From contig NC_090399.1 in assembly GCF_036365525.1 (NCBI RefSeq), forward strand, positions 66,520,862 to 66,584,861: a stretch of 64,000 nt of DNA. The letters run 5' to 3'. The translations under genes and the position numbers were made by a program. Origin of the DNA: Heterodontus francisci. Taxonomy: Eukaryota. Position 1 is the first letter of the stretch, and every line of letters starts with the position of its first letter. Of the stretch, positions 1 through 10,082 are shown one piece after another. The notes beneath the pieces were generated by a model, which was given only the letters and a program-made list of their open reading frames with translations, was not told where the DNA came from and searched no databases.

Positions 1-3000
1 GTTCATGCCCAGATGTCTCTCTCTCTCTGGGGTTGGTGTTTTGGGGTTCATGCCCTGATGTCTCTCTCTCTGGGGTTGATGTTTTGGGGTTCATGCCCTG
101 ATGTCTCCCTCTTTGGGGTTGATGTTTTGGGGTTCATGCCCTGATGTCTCTCTTTCATTGGGGTTGATGTTTTGGGGTTCATGCCGATGTCTCTCTCTTT
201 GGGGTTGATGTTTTGGGGTTCATGCCCTGATGTCTCTCTCTCATTGGGGTTGATGTTTTGGGGTTCATGCCGATGTCTCTCTCTTTGGGGTTGATGTTTT
301 GGGGTTCATGCACTGATGTCTCTCTCTCTCTGGGGTTGATGTTTTGGGGTTCATGCCCTGATGTCTCTCTCTCTCTGGGGTTAATGTTTTGGGGTTCATG
401 TCCTGATGTCTCTCTCTCTCTGTGGGGTTGATGTTTTGGGGTTCATGCCCTGATGTCTCTCTCTCTCTCTGGGGTTGATGTTTTGGGGTTCATGCCCTGA
501 TGTCTCTCTCTCACTCTGGGGTTGATGTTTTGGGGTTCATGCCCTGATGTCTCTCGCTGTCTGTGGGGTTGATGTTTTGGGATTCATGCCCTGATGTCTC
601 TCTCTCTCTCTGGGGTTGATGTTTTGGGGTTCATGCCCTGATGTCTCTCTCTCTCTCTGTGGGGTTGATGTTTTGGGGTTCATGCCCTGATGTCTCTCTC
701 TCTGTGGCGTTGATGTTTTGGGGTTCATGCCCTGATGTCTCTGTCTCTGGGGTTGGTGTTTTGGGTTTCATGCCCTGCTGTCTCTCTCTCTGTGGGGTTG
801 ATGTTTTGGGGTTCATGCCCTGATGTCCATCTCTCTCTGCGGTTGGTGTTTTGGGGTTCATGCCCTGATGTCTCTCTCTCTGTGGGGTTGATGTTTTGGG
901 GTTCATGCCCTGATGTCCATCTCTCTCTCTCTGGGGTTCATGTTTTGGGGTTCATGCCCTGATGTCTCTCTCTCTCTGGGGTTGGTGTTTTGGGGTTCAT
1001 GCCCTGATGTCTCTCTCTCTGGGGTTGATGTTTTGGGGTTCATGCCCTGATGTCTCTCTCTTTCTCTTGGGTTGATGTTTTGGGGTTCATGCCCTGATGT
1101 CTCTCTCTCTCTGTGGGGTTGATGTTTTGGGGTTCATGCCCTGATGTCTTTTTCTCTGTGGGGTTGATGTTTTGGGGTTCATGCCCTCATGTCCATCTCG
1201 CTCTCTCTGGGGTTGATGTTTTGGGGTTCATGCCCTGATGTCTCTCTTTGGGGATGATATTTTGGGGTTCATGCCCTGATGTCTCTCTCTCTGTGGGGTT
1301 GATGTTTTGGGGTTCATGCCCTGATGTCTCTCTCTGGGGTTGATGTTTTGGGGTTCATGCCCTGATGTCTCTCTTCGGGGATGATATTTTGGGGTTCATG
1401 CCCTGATGTCTCTGTCTCTGTGGGGTTGATGTTTTGGGGTTCATGCCCTGATGTCCATGTCTCTCTCTCTGGGGTTGATGTTTTGGGGTTCATGCCCTGA
1501 TGTCTCTCTGTCTGGGGTTGATGTTTTGGGGTTCATGCCCTGATGTCTCTCTCTTTGGGGTTGATGTTTTGGGGTTCATGCCCTGATGTCTCTCTCTCTT
1601 TGGGGTTGATGTTTTGGGGTTCATGCCCTGATGTCTTTCTCTGGGGTTGATGTTTTGGGGTTCATGCCCTGATGTCTGTCTTTGGGGATGATATTTTGGG
1701 GTTCATGCCCTGATGTCTCTCTCTCTCTGGGGTTGATGTTTTGGGGTTCATGCCCTGATGTCCATCTCTCTCTCTCTGGGGTTGATGTTTTGGGGTTCAT
1801 GCCCTGATGTCTCTCTCTCTCTGTGGGGTTGATGTTTTGGGGTTCATGCCCTGATGTCCATCTCTCTCTCTCTGGGGTTGATGTTTTGGGGTTCATGCCC
1901 TGATGTCTCTCTCTCATTGGGGTTGATGTTTTGGGGTTCATGCCGATGTCTCTCTCTTTGGGGTTGATGTTTTGGGGTTCATGCACTGATGTCTCTCTCT
2001 CTCTGGGGTTGATGTTTTGGGGTTCATGCCCTGATGTCTCTCTCTCTCTGGGGTTAATGTTTTGGGGTTCATGTCCTGATGTCTCTCTCTCTCTGTGGGG
2101 TTGATGTTTTGGGGTTCATGCCCTGATGTCTCTCTCTCTCTCTGGGGTTGATGTTTTGGGGTTCATGCCCTGATGTCTCTCTCTCACTCTGGGGTTGATG
2201 TTTTGGGGTTCATGCCCTGATGTCTCTCGCTGTCTGTGGGGTTGATGTTTTGGGATTCATGCACTGATGTCTCTCTCTCTCTCTGGGGTTGATGTTTTGG
2301 GGTTCATGCCCTGATGTCTCTCTCTCTCTCTGTGGGGTTGATGTTTTGGGGTTCATGCCCTGATGTCTCTCTCTCTGTGGCGTTGATGTTTTGGGGTTCA
2401 TGCCCTGATGTCTCTGTCTCTGGGGTTGGTGTTTTGGGTTTCATGCCCTGCTGTCTCTCTCTCTGTGGGGTTGATGTTTTGGGGTTCATGCCCTGATGTC
2501 CATCTCTCTCTGCGGTTGGTGTTTTGGGGTTCATGCCCTGATGTCTTTCTCTCTGTGGGGTTGATGTTTTGGGGTTCATGCCCTGATGTCCATCTCTCTC
2601 TCTCTGGGGTTCATGTTTTGGGGTTCATGCCCTGATGTCTCTCTCTCTCTGGGGTTGGTGTTTTGGGGTTCATGCCCTGATGTCTCTCTCTCTGGGGTTG
2701 ATGTTTTGGGGTTCATGCCCTGATGTCTCTCTCTTTCTCTTGGGTTGATGTTTTGGGGTTCATGCCCTGATGTCTCTCTCTCTCTGTGGGGTTGATGTTT
2801 TGGGGTTCATGCCCTGATGTCTTTCTCTCTGTGGGGTTGATGTTTTGGGGTTCATGCCCTCATGTCCATCTCGCTCTCTCTGGGGTTGATGTTTTGGGGT
2901 TCATGCCCTGATGTCTCTCTTTGGGGATGATATTTTGGGGTTCATGCCCTGATGTCTCTCTCTCTCTGGGGTTGATGTTTTGGGGTTCATGCCCTGATGT

Positions 3001-6000
3001 CTCTCTCTGGGGTTGATGTTTTGGGGTTCATGCCCTGATGTCTCTCTTCGGGGATGATATTTTGGGGTTCATGCCCTGATGTCTCTGTCTCTGTGGGGTT
3101 GATGTTTTGGGGTTCATGCCCTGATGTCCATCTCTCTCTCTCTGGGGTTGATGTTTTGGGGTTCATGCCCTGATGTCTCTCTGTCTGGGGTTGATGTTTT
3201 GGGGTTCATGCCCTGATGTCTCTCTCTTTGGGGTTGATGTTTTGGGGTTCATGCCCTGATGTCTCTCTCTCTTTGGGGTTGATGTTTTGGGGTTCATGCC
3301 CTGATGTCTTTCTCTGGGGTTGATGTTTTGGGGTTCATGCCCTGATGTCTCTCTTTGGGGATGATATTTTGGGGTTCATGCCCTGATGTCTCTCTCTCTC
3401 TGGGGTTGATGTTTTGGGGTTCATGCCCTGATGTCCATCTCTCTCTCTCTGGGGTTGATGTTTTGGGGTTCATGCCCTGATGTCTGTCTCTCTCTGTGGG
3501 GTTGATGTTTTGGGGTTCATGCCCTGATGTCCATCTCTCTCTCTCTGGGGTTGATGTTTTGGGGTTCATGCCCTGATGTCTCTCTCTCTCTGTGGGGTTG
3601 ATGTTTTGGGGTTCATGCCCTGATGTCTCTCTCTCTCTCTGGGGTTGATGTTTTGGGGTTCATGCCCTGATGTCTCTCTCTCTGTGGGGTTGATGTTTTG
3701 GGGTTCATGCCCTGATGTCTCTCTCTCTCTCTGGGGTTGATGTTTTGGGGTTCATGCCCTGATGTCTCTCTCTCTCTCTGGGGTTGATGTTTTGGGGTTC
3801 ATGCCCTGATGTCTCTCTCTCTCTGTGGCGTTGATGTTTTGGGGTTCATGCCCTGATGTCTCTGTCTCTGGGGTTGGTGTTTTGGGTTTCATGCCCTGCT
3901 GTCTCTCTCTCTGTGGGGTTGATGTTTTGGGGTTCATGCCCTGATGTCCATCTCTCTCTCTCTGGGGTTCATGTTTTGGGGTTCATGCCCTGATGTCTCT
4001 CTCTCTCTGGGGTTGGTGTTTTGGGGTTCATGCCCTGATGTCTCTCTCTCTGGGGTTGATGTTTTGGGGTTCATGCCCTGATGTCTCTCTCTTTCTGTTG
4101 GGTTGATGTTTTGGGGTTCATGCCCTGATGTCTCTGTCTCTGTGGGGTTGATGTTTTGGGGTTCATGCCCTGATGTCCATCTCTCTCTCTCTGGGGTTGG
4201 TGTTTTGGGGTTCATGCCCTGATGTCTCTCTCTCTGGGGTTGATGTTTTGGGGTTCATGCCCTGATGTCTCTCTCTTTCTCTTGGGTTGATGTTTTGGGG
4301 TTCATGCCCTGATGTCTCTCTCTCTCTGGGGTTGATGTTTTGGGGTTCATGCCCTGATGTCTCTCTCTCTCTGGGGTTGGGGTTTTGGGGTTCATGCCCT
4401 GATGTCTCTCTCTCTCTGGGGTTGATGTTTTGGGGTTCATGCCCTGATGTCTCTCTCTCTCTGCGATTGATGTTTTGCGTTCATGCCCTGATGTCTCTCT
4501 CTCTGGGGTTGATGTTTTGGGGTTCATGCCCTGATGTCTCTCTCTCATTGGGGTTGATGTTTTGGGGTTCATGCCGATGTCTCTCTCTTTGGGGTTGATG
4601 TTTTGGGGTTCATGCACTGATGTCTCTCTCTCTCTGGGGTTGATGTTTTGGGGTTAATGCCCTGATGTCTCTCTCTTTGGGGTTGATGTTTTGGGGTTCA
4701 TGCCCTGATGTCTCTCTCTCTTTGGGGCTGATGTTTTGGGGTTCATGCCCTGATGTCTCTCTCTTTGGTGTTGATGTTTTGGGGTTCGTGCCCTGATGTC
4801 TCTCTCTCTCTGGGGTTGATGTTTTGGGGTTCCTGCCCTGATGTCTCTCTCTCTCTGTGGTTGATATTTTGGGGTTTTTGCCCTGATGTCTCTCTCTCTG
4901 GGGTTGATGTTTTGGGGTTCATGCCCTGATGTCTCTCTCTTTGGGGTTCATGCCCTGATGTCTCTCTCTCTTTGGGGTTGACGTTTTGGGGTTCATGCCC
5001 TGATGTCTCTCTCTCTCTGGGGTTGATGTTTTGGGGTTCATGCCCTGATGTCTCTCTCTTTGGGGTTGATGTTTTGGGGTTCTTGCCCTGATGTCTCTCT
5101 CTCTTTGGGGTTGATGTTTTGGGGTTCATGCCCTGATGTCTCTCTCTTTGGGGTTGATGTTTTGGGGTTCATGCCCTGATGTCTCTCTCTGGGGTTGATG
5201 TTTTGGGGTTCTTGCCCTGATGTCTCTCTCTCTCTCTGGGGTTGATGTTTTGGGGTTCATGCCCTGATGTCCATCTCTCTCTCTCTGGGGTTGATGTTTT
5301 GGGGTTCATGCCCTGATGTCTCTCTCTCTCTCTGGGGTTGATGTTTTGGGGTTCATGCCCTGATGTCTCTCTCTCTGGGGTTGATGTTTTGGGGTTCATG
5401 CCCTGATGTCTCTCTCTCTGTGGGATTGGTGTTTTGGGTTCATGCGCTGATGTCTCTCTCTTTCTCTGGGGTTGATGTTTTGGGGTTCATGCCCTGATGT
5501 CTCTCTCTCTGTGGTGTTGATGTTTTGGGGTTCATGCCCTGATGTCTCTCTCTCTGTGGTGTTGATGTTTTGGGGTTCATGCCCTGATGTCTCTCTCTTT
5601 GGGGTTGATGTTTTGGGGTTCATGCCCTGATGTCTCTCTCTGGGGTTGATGTTTTGGGGTTCTTGCCCTGATGTCTCTCTCTCTCTCTGGGGTTGATGTT
5701 TTGGGGTTCATGCCCTGATGTCCATCTCTCTCTCTCTGGGGTTGATGTTTTGGGGTTTATGCCCTGATGTCTCTCTCTCTCTGTGGGGTTGATGTTTTGG
5801 GGTTCATGCCCTGATGTCCATCTCTCTCTCTCTGGGGTTGATGTTTTGGGGTTCATGCCCTGATGTCTCTCTCTCTCTCTGGGGTTGATGTTTTGGGGTT
5901 CATGCCCTGATGTCTCTCTCTCTGGGGTTGATGTTTTGGGGTTCATGCCCTGATGTCTCTCTCTCTCTGGGATTGGTGTTTTGGGTTCATGCGCTGATGT

Positions 6001-7270
6001 CTCTCTCTTTCTCTGGGGTTGATGTTTTGGGGTTCATGCCCTGATGTCTCTGTCTCTGGGTTTGATGTTTTGGGGTTCATGCCCTGATGTCTCTCTCTCT
6101 GTGGTGTTGATGTTTTGGGGTTCATGCCCTGATGTCTCTCTCTCTGTGGTGTTGATGTTTTGGAGTTCATGCCCTGATGTCTCTCTCTCTGGGGTTGATG
6201 ATTTGGGGTTCATGCCCTGATGTCTCTCTCTCTCTCTGGGGTTGATGTTTTGGGGTTTTTGCCCTGATGTATCTCTCTCTGTGGGGTTGATGTTTTGGGG
6301 TGTTTGCCCTGATGTCTCTCTCTGTGGGGTTGATGTTTTGGGGTTCATGCCCTGAAGTTTCTCTCTGGGGTTGATGTTTTGGGGTTCATGCCCTGATGTC
6401 TCTCTCTATCTCTGGGGTTGATTTTTTCTGGTTCATGCCCTGATGTCTCTCTCTCTCTGGGGTTGATGTTTTGGGGTTCATGCCCTGATGTCTCTCTCTC
6501 TCTGGGGTTGATGTTTTGGGGTTCATGCCCTGAGGTCTCTCTCTGGGGTTGATGTTTTGGGGTTCATGCCCTGATGTCTCTCTCTCTGTGGGGTTGATGT
6601 TTTGGGGTTCATGCCCTGATGTCTCTCTCTCTCTGTGGGGTTGATATTTTGGGGTTCATGCCCTGATGTCTCTCTCTCTCTGGGGTTGATGTTTTGGGGT
6701 TCATGCCCTGATGTCTCTCTCTCTCTGGGGTTGATGTTTTGGGGTTCATGCCCTGAGGTCTCTCTCTGGGGTTGATGTTTTGGGGTTCATGCCCTGATGT
6801 CTCTCTCTCTGTGGGGTTGATGTTTTGGGGTTCATGCCCTGATGTCTCTCTCTCTCTGTTGGGTTGATATTTTGGGGTTCATGCCCTGATGTCTCTCTCT
6901 CTCTGGGGTTGATGTATTGGGGTTCATGCCCTGATGTCTCTCTCTCTCTGTGGGGTTGATATTTTGGGGTTCATGCCCTGATGTCTCTCTCTCTGTGGGG
7001 TTGATGTTTTGGGGTTCATGCCCTGATGTCTCTCTCTCTGTGGGGTTGATGTTTTGGGGTTCATGCCCTGATGTCTCTCTCTCTCTGTGGGGTTGATGTT
7101 TTGGGGTTCATGCCCTGATGCCTCTCTCTCTTTGGGGTTGATGTTTTGAGGTTCATCTCCTGATGTCTCTCTCTGGGGTTGATGTTTTGGGGTTCATGCC
7201 CTGATGTCTCTCTCTCTTTGGGATTGATGTTTTGGGGTTCATGCCCTGATGTCTCTCTCTCTCTCTCTGC
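1..7270. repeat. Intron-1 minisatellite, ~45-bp unit GGGGTTGATGTTTTGGGGTTCATGCCCTGATGT(CT)n, roughly 160 copies, open at the window start
   Basis: Directly visible tandem unit with a variable CT tract. ORF-track pairs 537/2210, 631/2304, 735/2408 and 1621/3294 show a 1673-bp higher-order duplication. Confidence 0.98.
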
Positions 7271-7277
7271 GTTTCAG

Positions 7278-7538
7278 GCTCTCATTCGCTCCGGTTTTTC
7301 TTTACCTCAATGACCCCGATTCCCGGTCTCCCAGATTTTTTTTCTGTCGGTTATGTGGATGAGGCTCAGATCGATTACTACGATAGCAACCTTCAGAAGG
7401 CGACCTTTCGGCAGCGGTGGATGTCGGAGAGTCCGGGTCCTGATTTCTGGCAGGAACAGACACAGAGGCTGCGGATTTGGGAGCAGACTGCAAAGGCCCA
7501 GATTCAGACCCTCATGAAACGGAACAACCAGTCGGCCG
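7278..7538 (+). CDS. MHC class I alpha1 exon: (G)SHSLRFFFTSMTPIPGLPDFFSVGYVDEAQIDYYDSNLQKATFRQRWMSESPGPDFWQEQTQRLRIWEQTAKAQIQTLMKRNNQSA(G)
   Basis: Acceptor (ct)n-gcgtttcag at 7277 and donor GTGAGT at 7539. Contains the GSHSLR start, VGYVD, conserved Trp residues, R84 and the N86-Q-S glycosylation sequon. Confidence 0.96.
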
Positions 7539-7684
7539 GTGAGTCATCCCCCCTCTCGGGGATCAGGGCTTGGAATGGGGCCTCAGACTAGGAGCGGGTG
7601 GGAGTACGTGATCCGGGGTCACGGTGATCCGGGTGGCTCCGCCCACTCCCTCATCACCCCTAACCTCTGGGGTCTCTGTGAACC

Positions 7685-7775
7685 GTGCTCTGATTGGCTG
7701 TGTGTATGTGTGTTTGCCATGGGACCTCTGATTGGCTGTGTGTGTTTGATTGGCAGTGGAGAGAGGGCGGGGTCT
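7685..7775. repeat. Short degenerate CTGATTGGCTGTGTGTGTTTG repeat, left half of a unit that resumes at 9062-9279
   Basis: CTGATTGGCT at 7690-7699 and 7728-7737, TGATTGG at 7747, GGGCGGGG at 7765-7772. The same unit forms the alpha2 acceptor. Confidence 0.7.
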
Positions 7776-7869
7776 GTGTGAGCCAGGCACTGATTTTGTC
7801 AATAAAAACAAAACAAAAAATGTTGTAAATACTCAGGAACTCTGGCAGCATCTGTGGAGAGAGAAGCAG

Positions 7870-7904
7870 AGTTAACATTTCAGGTCAGTGACCCTTCATC
7901 AGAA
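7870..7904 (-). ncRNA. Minimal type I hammerhead ribozyme motif of the Penelope-like terminus (stem I broken by the CR1 insertion)
   Basis: The minus strand reads UU-CUGAUGA-AGGGUCACUGACCU-GAAA-UGUU-AACU: both catalytic boxes intact, with a GGUC/GACC stem II. Confidence 0.6.
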
Positions 7905-8105
7905 ACATAGAAAATCGGAGCAGGAGTAGGCCATTCGGCCCTTCAGCCTGCTTCGCCATTCATGATGATCATGGCTGATCATCGAACTCAGTGATCTGTT
8001 CCTGCTTTTGCCCCATACCCTTTGATCCCTTCAAACCCAAGAGCTTTTTCTAACTCCTTCTTGAAAACGTACAATGTTTTGGCCTCAACTGCTTTCCTTG
8101 GTAGC
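7905..8105 (-). mobile_element. 5'-truncated CR1-type LINE 3' end nested in the Penelope fragment
   Basis: The minus frame gives KAVEAKTLYVFKKELEKALGFEGIKGYG, typical of the CR1 ORF2 C-terminus, followed by a 3' UTR and catagaaa tail. The flanks rejoin as catcagaactggca. Confidence 0.8.
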
Positions 8106-8589
8106 GAACTGGCAGAGCTAGAAATGTGATAGGTTTTAAGCAAGTAAAGTGGGGGTGGGGCAAGAGATAAGAAAAGCAAAGGTGTTGATAGGACAGAGAG
8201 TCACAGAGAATAACTGACCAGAAGGTCATGGAGCAAAGGCAAATGGTCTGTTAATGGTGTGGTAAAAGACAAAGCGTTAGTTCAGAGAAGGTGTTAATTG
8301 ACAGAAAACTGAACAGCCCTGGCCCAAAGCACAAACATGAAAAAAACACAGTGGGCATGCACATGGTAAGAAAAATGAATGATGTAACAGACTAAAATAA
8401 AATAAAAAGAACGAAGAAAAAGGAAAAATACTGAAAATAAATTGGGGGGGGTGGGGGGTGGGGGGTGGTGGTGGGGGGTGGCCTGACATGCTCTGAAATT
8501 ATTAAACTCAATATTCAGTTGCTACAACCTGCCGGACTGAACATTGAGTTTGATCATTTCAGAGCATGACAGGCTCCCCCTTTTCAGCG

Positions 8590-9060
8590 ATGGTAATGCT
8601 TGTGAACATCAGGGGGAAATGGTTAGATATGCTCTTGTTGGAGATGGTCATTGCCTGGCACTTGTGTGCCACTTATCAGCCCAAGCCTGGATATTGTCCA
8701 GGTCTTGCTGCATTTCTACACAGACTGCTTCAGTATCTGAGGAGTCACGAATGGTGCTGAACATTGTGCAATCATCAGTGAACATCCCCACTTCTGGACT
8801 TTATGATTGAAGGAAGGTCATTGATGAAGCAGCTGAAGATGTTTGGGCCCAGGACACTACCCTGAGGATCTCCTGCATTGATGTCCTGGAGCTCAGATGA
8901 TTGACCTCCAACAACCACAACCATCTTCCTTTGTGCTAGGTATGGCTCCAGCCAGCGGTAGGTTTTCTGCCTGATTCCCATTGACTGCAGTTTTGCTGGG
9001 GATGCTTGATGCCGTACTCGGTCAAATGCTGCCTTGATGTCAAGGGCAGTCACTCTCACC
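8590..9060 (-). mobile_element. Non-LTR retrotransposon (CR1/L2 clade) reverse transcriptase fragment, frameshifted
   Basis: ALDIKAAFDRV, AGDPQGSVLGP and FINDL motifs in ORF 8775-9059, continuing in another frame as MFTDDCT...QDLDNIQAWADKW. Confidence 0.88.
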
Positions 9061-9061
9061 T

Positions 9062-9279
9062 CCCGATTGGCTGTCTTTGATTGACATTGCGGGGAGGGTG
9101 GGCTCTCTGGGTCAGGCTGTGTTTGGCTGTCAGTGGAGGATTGTCGGGGTCTCAGTAGGACAAGGTCTGATTGGCTGTGTGGTTGATTGACAGTTTGATT
9201 GGCGGTGGGGGCTCTGACTGGCTATCTGTTTGAACGTGGTGGAGAGGGCTCTGAATGGCTGTGTGTGTTTGATTGACAG
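9062..9279. repeat. Degenerate GATTGGCTGTGTGTTTGATTGACAG repeat whose last copy is the alpha2 acceptor
   Basis: About five diverged copies; the final one reads ctgaatggctgtgtgtgtttgattgacag|GG. Confidence 0.7.
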
Positions 9280-9552
9280 GGATTCACATACTCCAGACAG
9301 TGTACGGCTGTGAGCTGCGGGAAGATGGGAGCACCTGGGGGTTTTATCAAGATGGCTGGGACGGGAAGGATGCCATCGTGTTAGACAAAGAGAACATGAT
9401 GTGGGTCGCAGTGACACCATTCATGGTGCTGACCAAACAGGAGTGGGACAGAGACACTGCCAGGAACCAGCGGTGGAAGGATTACCTGGAGCAGGAGTGC
9501 ATCGCCTGGCTGAATGAATTCCTGAAACTTGGAGAGAACGAACTGAGACCGG
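9280..9552 (+). CDS. MHC class I alpha2 exon: (G)IHILQTVYGCELREDGSTWGFYQDGWDGKDAIVLDKENMMWVAVTPFMVLTKQEWDRDTARNQRWKDYLEQECIAWLNEFLKLGENELRP
   Basis: Acceptor CAG at 9277-9279 and donor GTGAGT at 9553. Contains H93, Q96, YGC101, DGKD, T143, W147, Y159, C164 and W167. Confidence 0.97.
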
Positions 9553-10015
9553 GTGAGTGAATGGGGAGTGGGGGTACTGAGAGTCGGCAAGTGAGGGCGG
9601 GGGGCAGGACTGAGAGTGGATGAGTGGGCGGGGAGTGGGGGTACTGAGAGTCGGCAAGTGAGGGAGGGGGGCAGGACTGAGAGTGGGTGAGTGGGGGCAC
9701 TGGGAGTCTGCAAGTGAGGGTGGGGGGCAGGATTGAGAGTGGATGAGTGGGTGGGGAGTGGGGGTACTGAGAGTCGGCAAGTGAGGGCGGGGGCAGGACT
9801 GAGAGTGTTGAGTGAGGTACTGAGAGTAGGTGAGTGCGGGCGAGAGGCAGGACTGAGAGTGGGTGAGTGGGCGGGGGGACTGAGAGTAGGTGAGTGAGTG
9901 GGGAGTGAGGTACTGAGAGTCAGCGAGTCAGGGCGGGAGTGGGGGACTGAGAGTGGGAGGAGCTGAGAATCAGCGAGTGAGTATGGGGGTACTGAGAGTC
10001 GGTGAGTCGGGTGGG
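9553..10015. repeat. G-rich degenerate minisatellite (~30/60-bp period) starting at the alpha2 donor
   Basis: Repeating gtgagtg..ggggagtgggggtactgagagtcggcaagtgaggg..gcaggactgagagt units. Confidence 0.85.
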
Positions 10016-10082
10016 GGGGATGTGGAGCTGGGATTGGGAGCACAGTGAATGAGGGGAGGAGTTTGGGAGCAGGAATTGAGTG

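Larger units (their letters stand above)
7797..8575 (-). mobile_element. Penelope-like element terminal (pLTR/3' end) fragment, split by a CR1 insertion and ending in a short inverted duplication
   Basis: The reverse complement resembles 56810-57205, the end of the RT/GIY-YIG element (acagatgctgccaga, gacctgaaa.gttaact, tgcttaaaaccta, LNIEFNNFRA-type ending). Confidence 0.8.

Noticed and set aside
537-6348. Many MNPKTSTP/ERETSGHEPQ ORFs
   Set aside because: Translations of the intron-1 minisatellite; frames shift with CT-tract length and there is no gene structure.
9381-10043. 220-aa Pro/Ser/His-rich minus-strand ORF
   Set aside because: Antisense reading of the G-rich donor repeat and the alpha2 exon.
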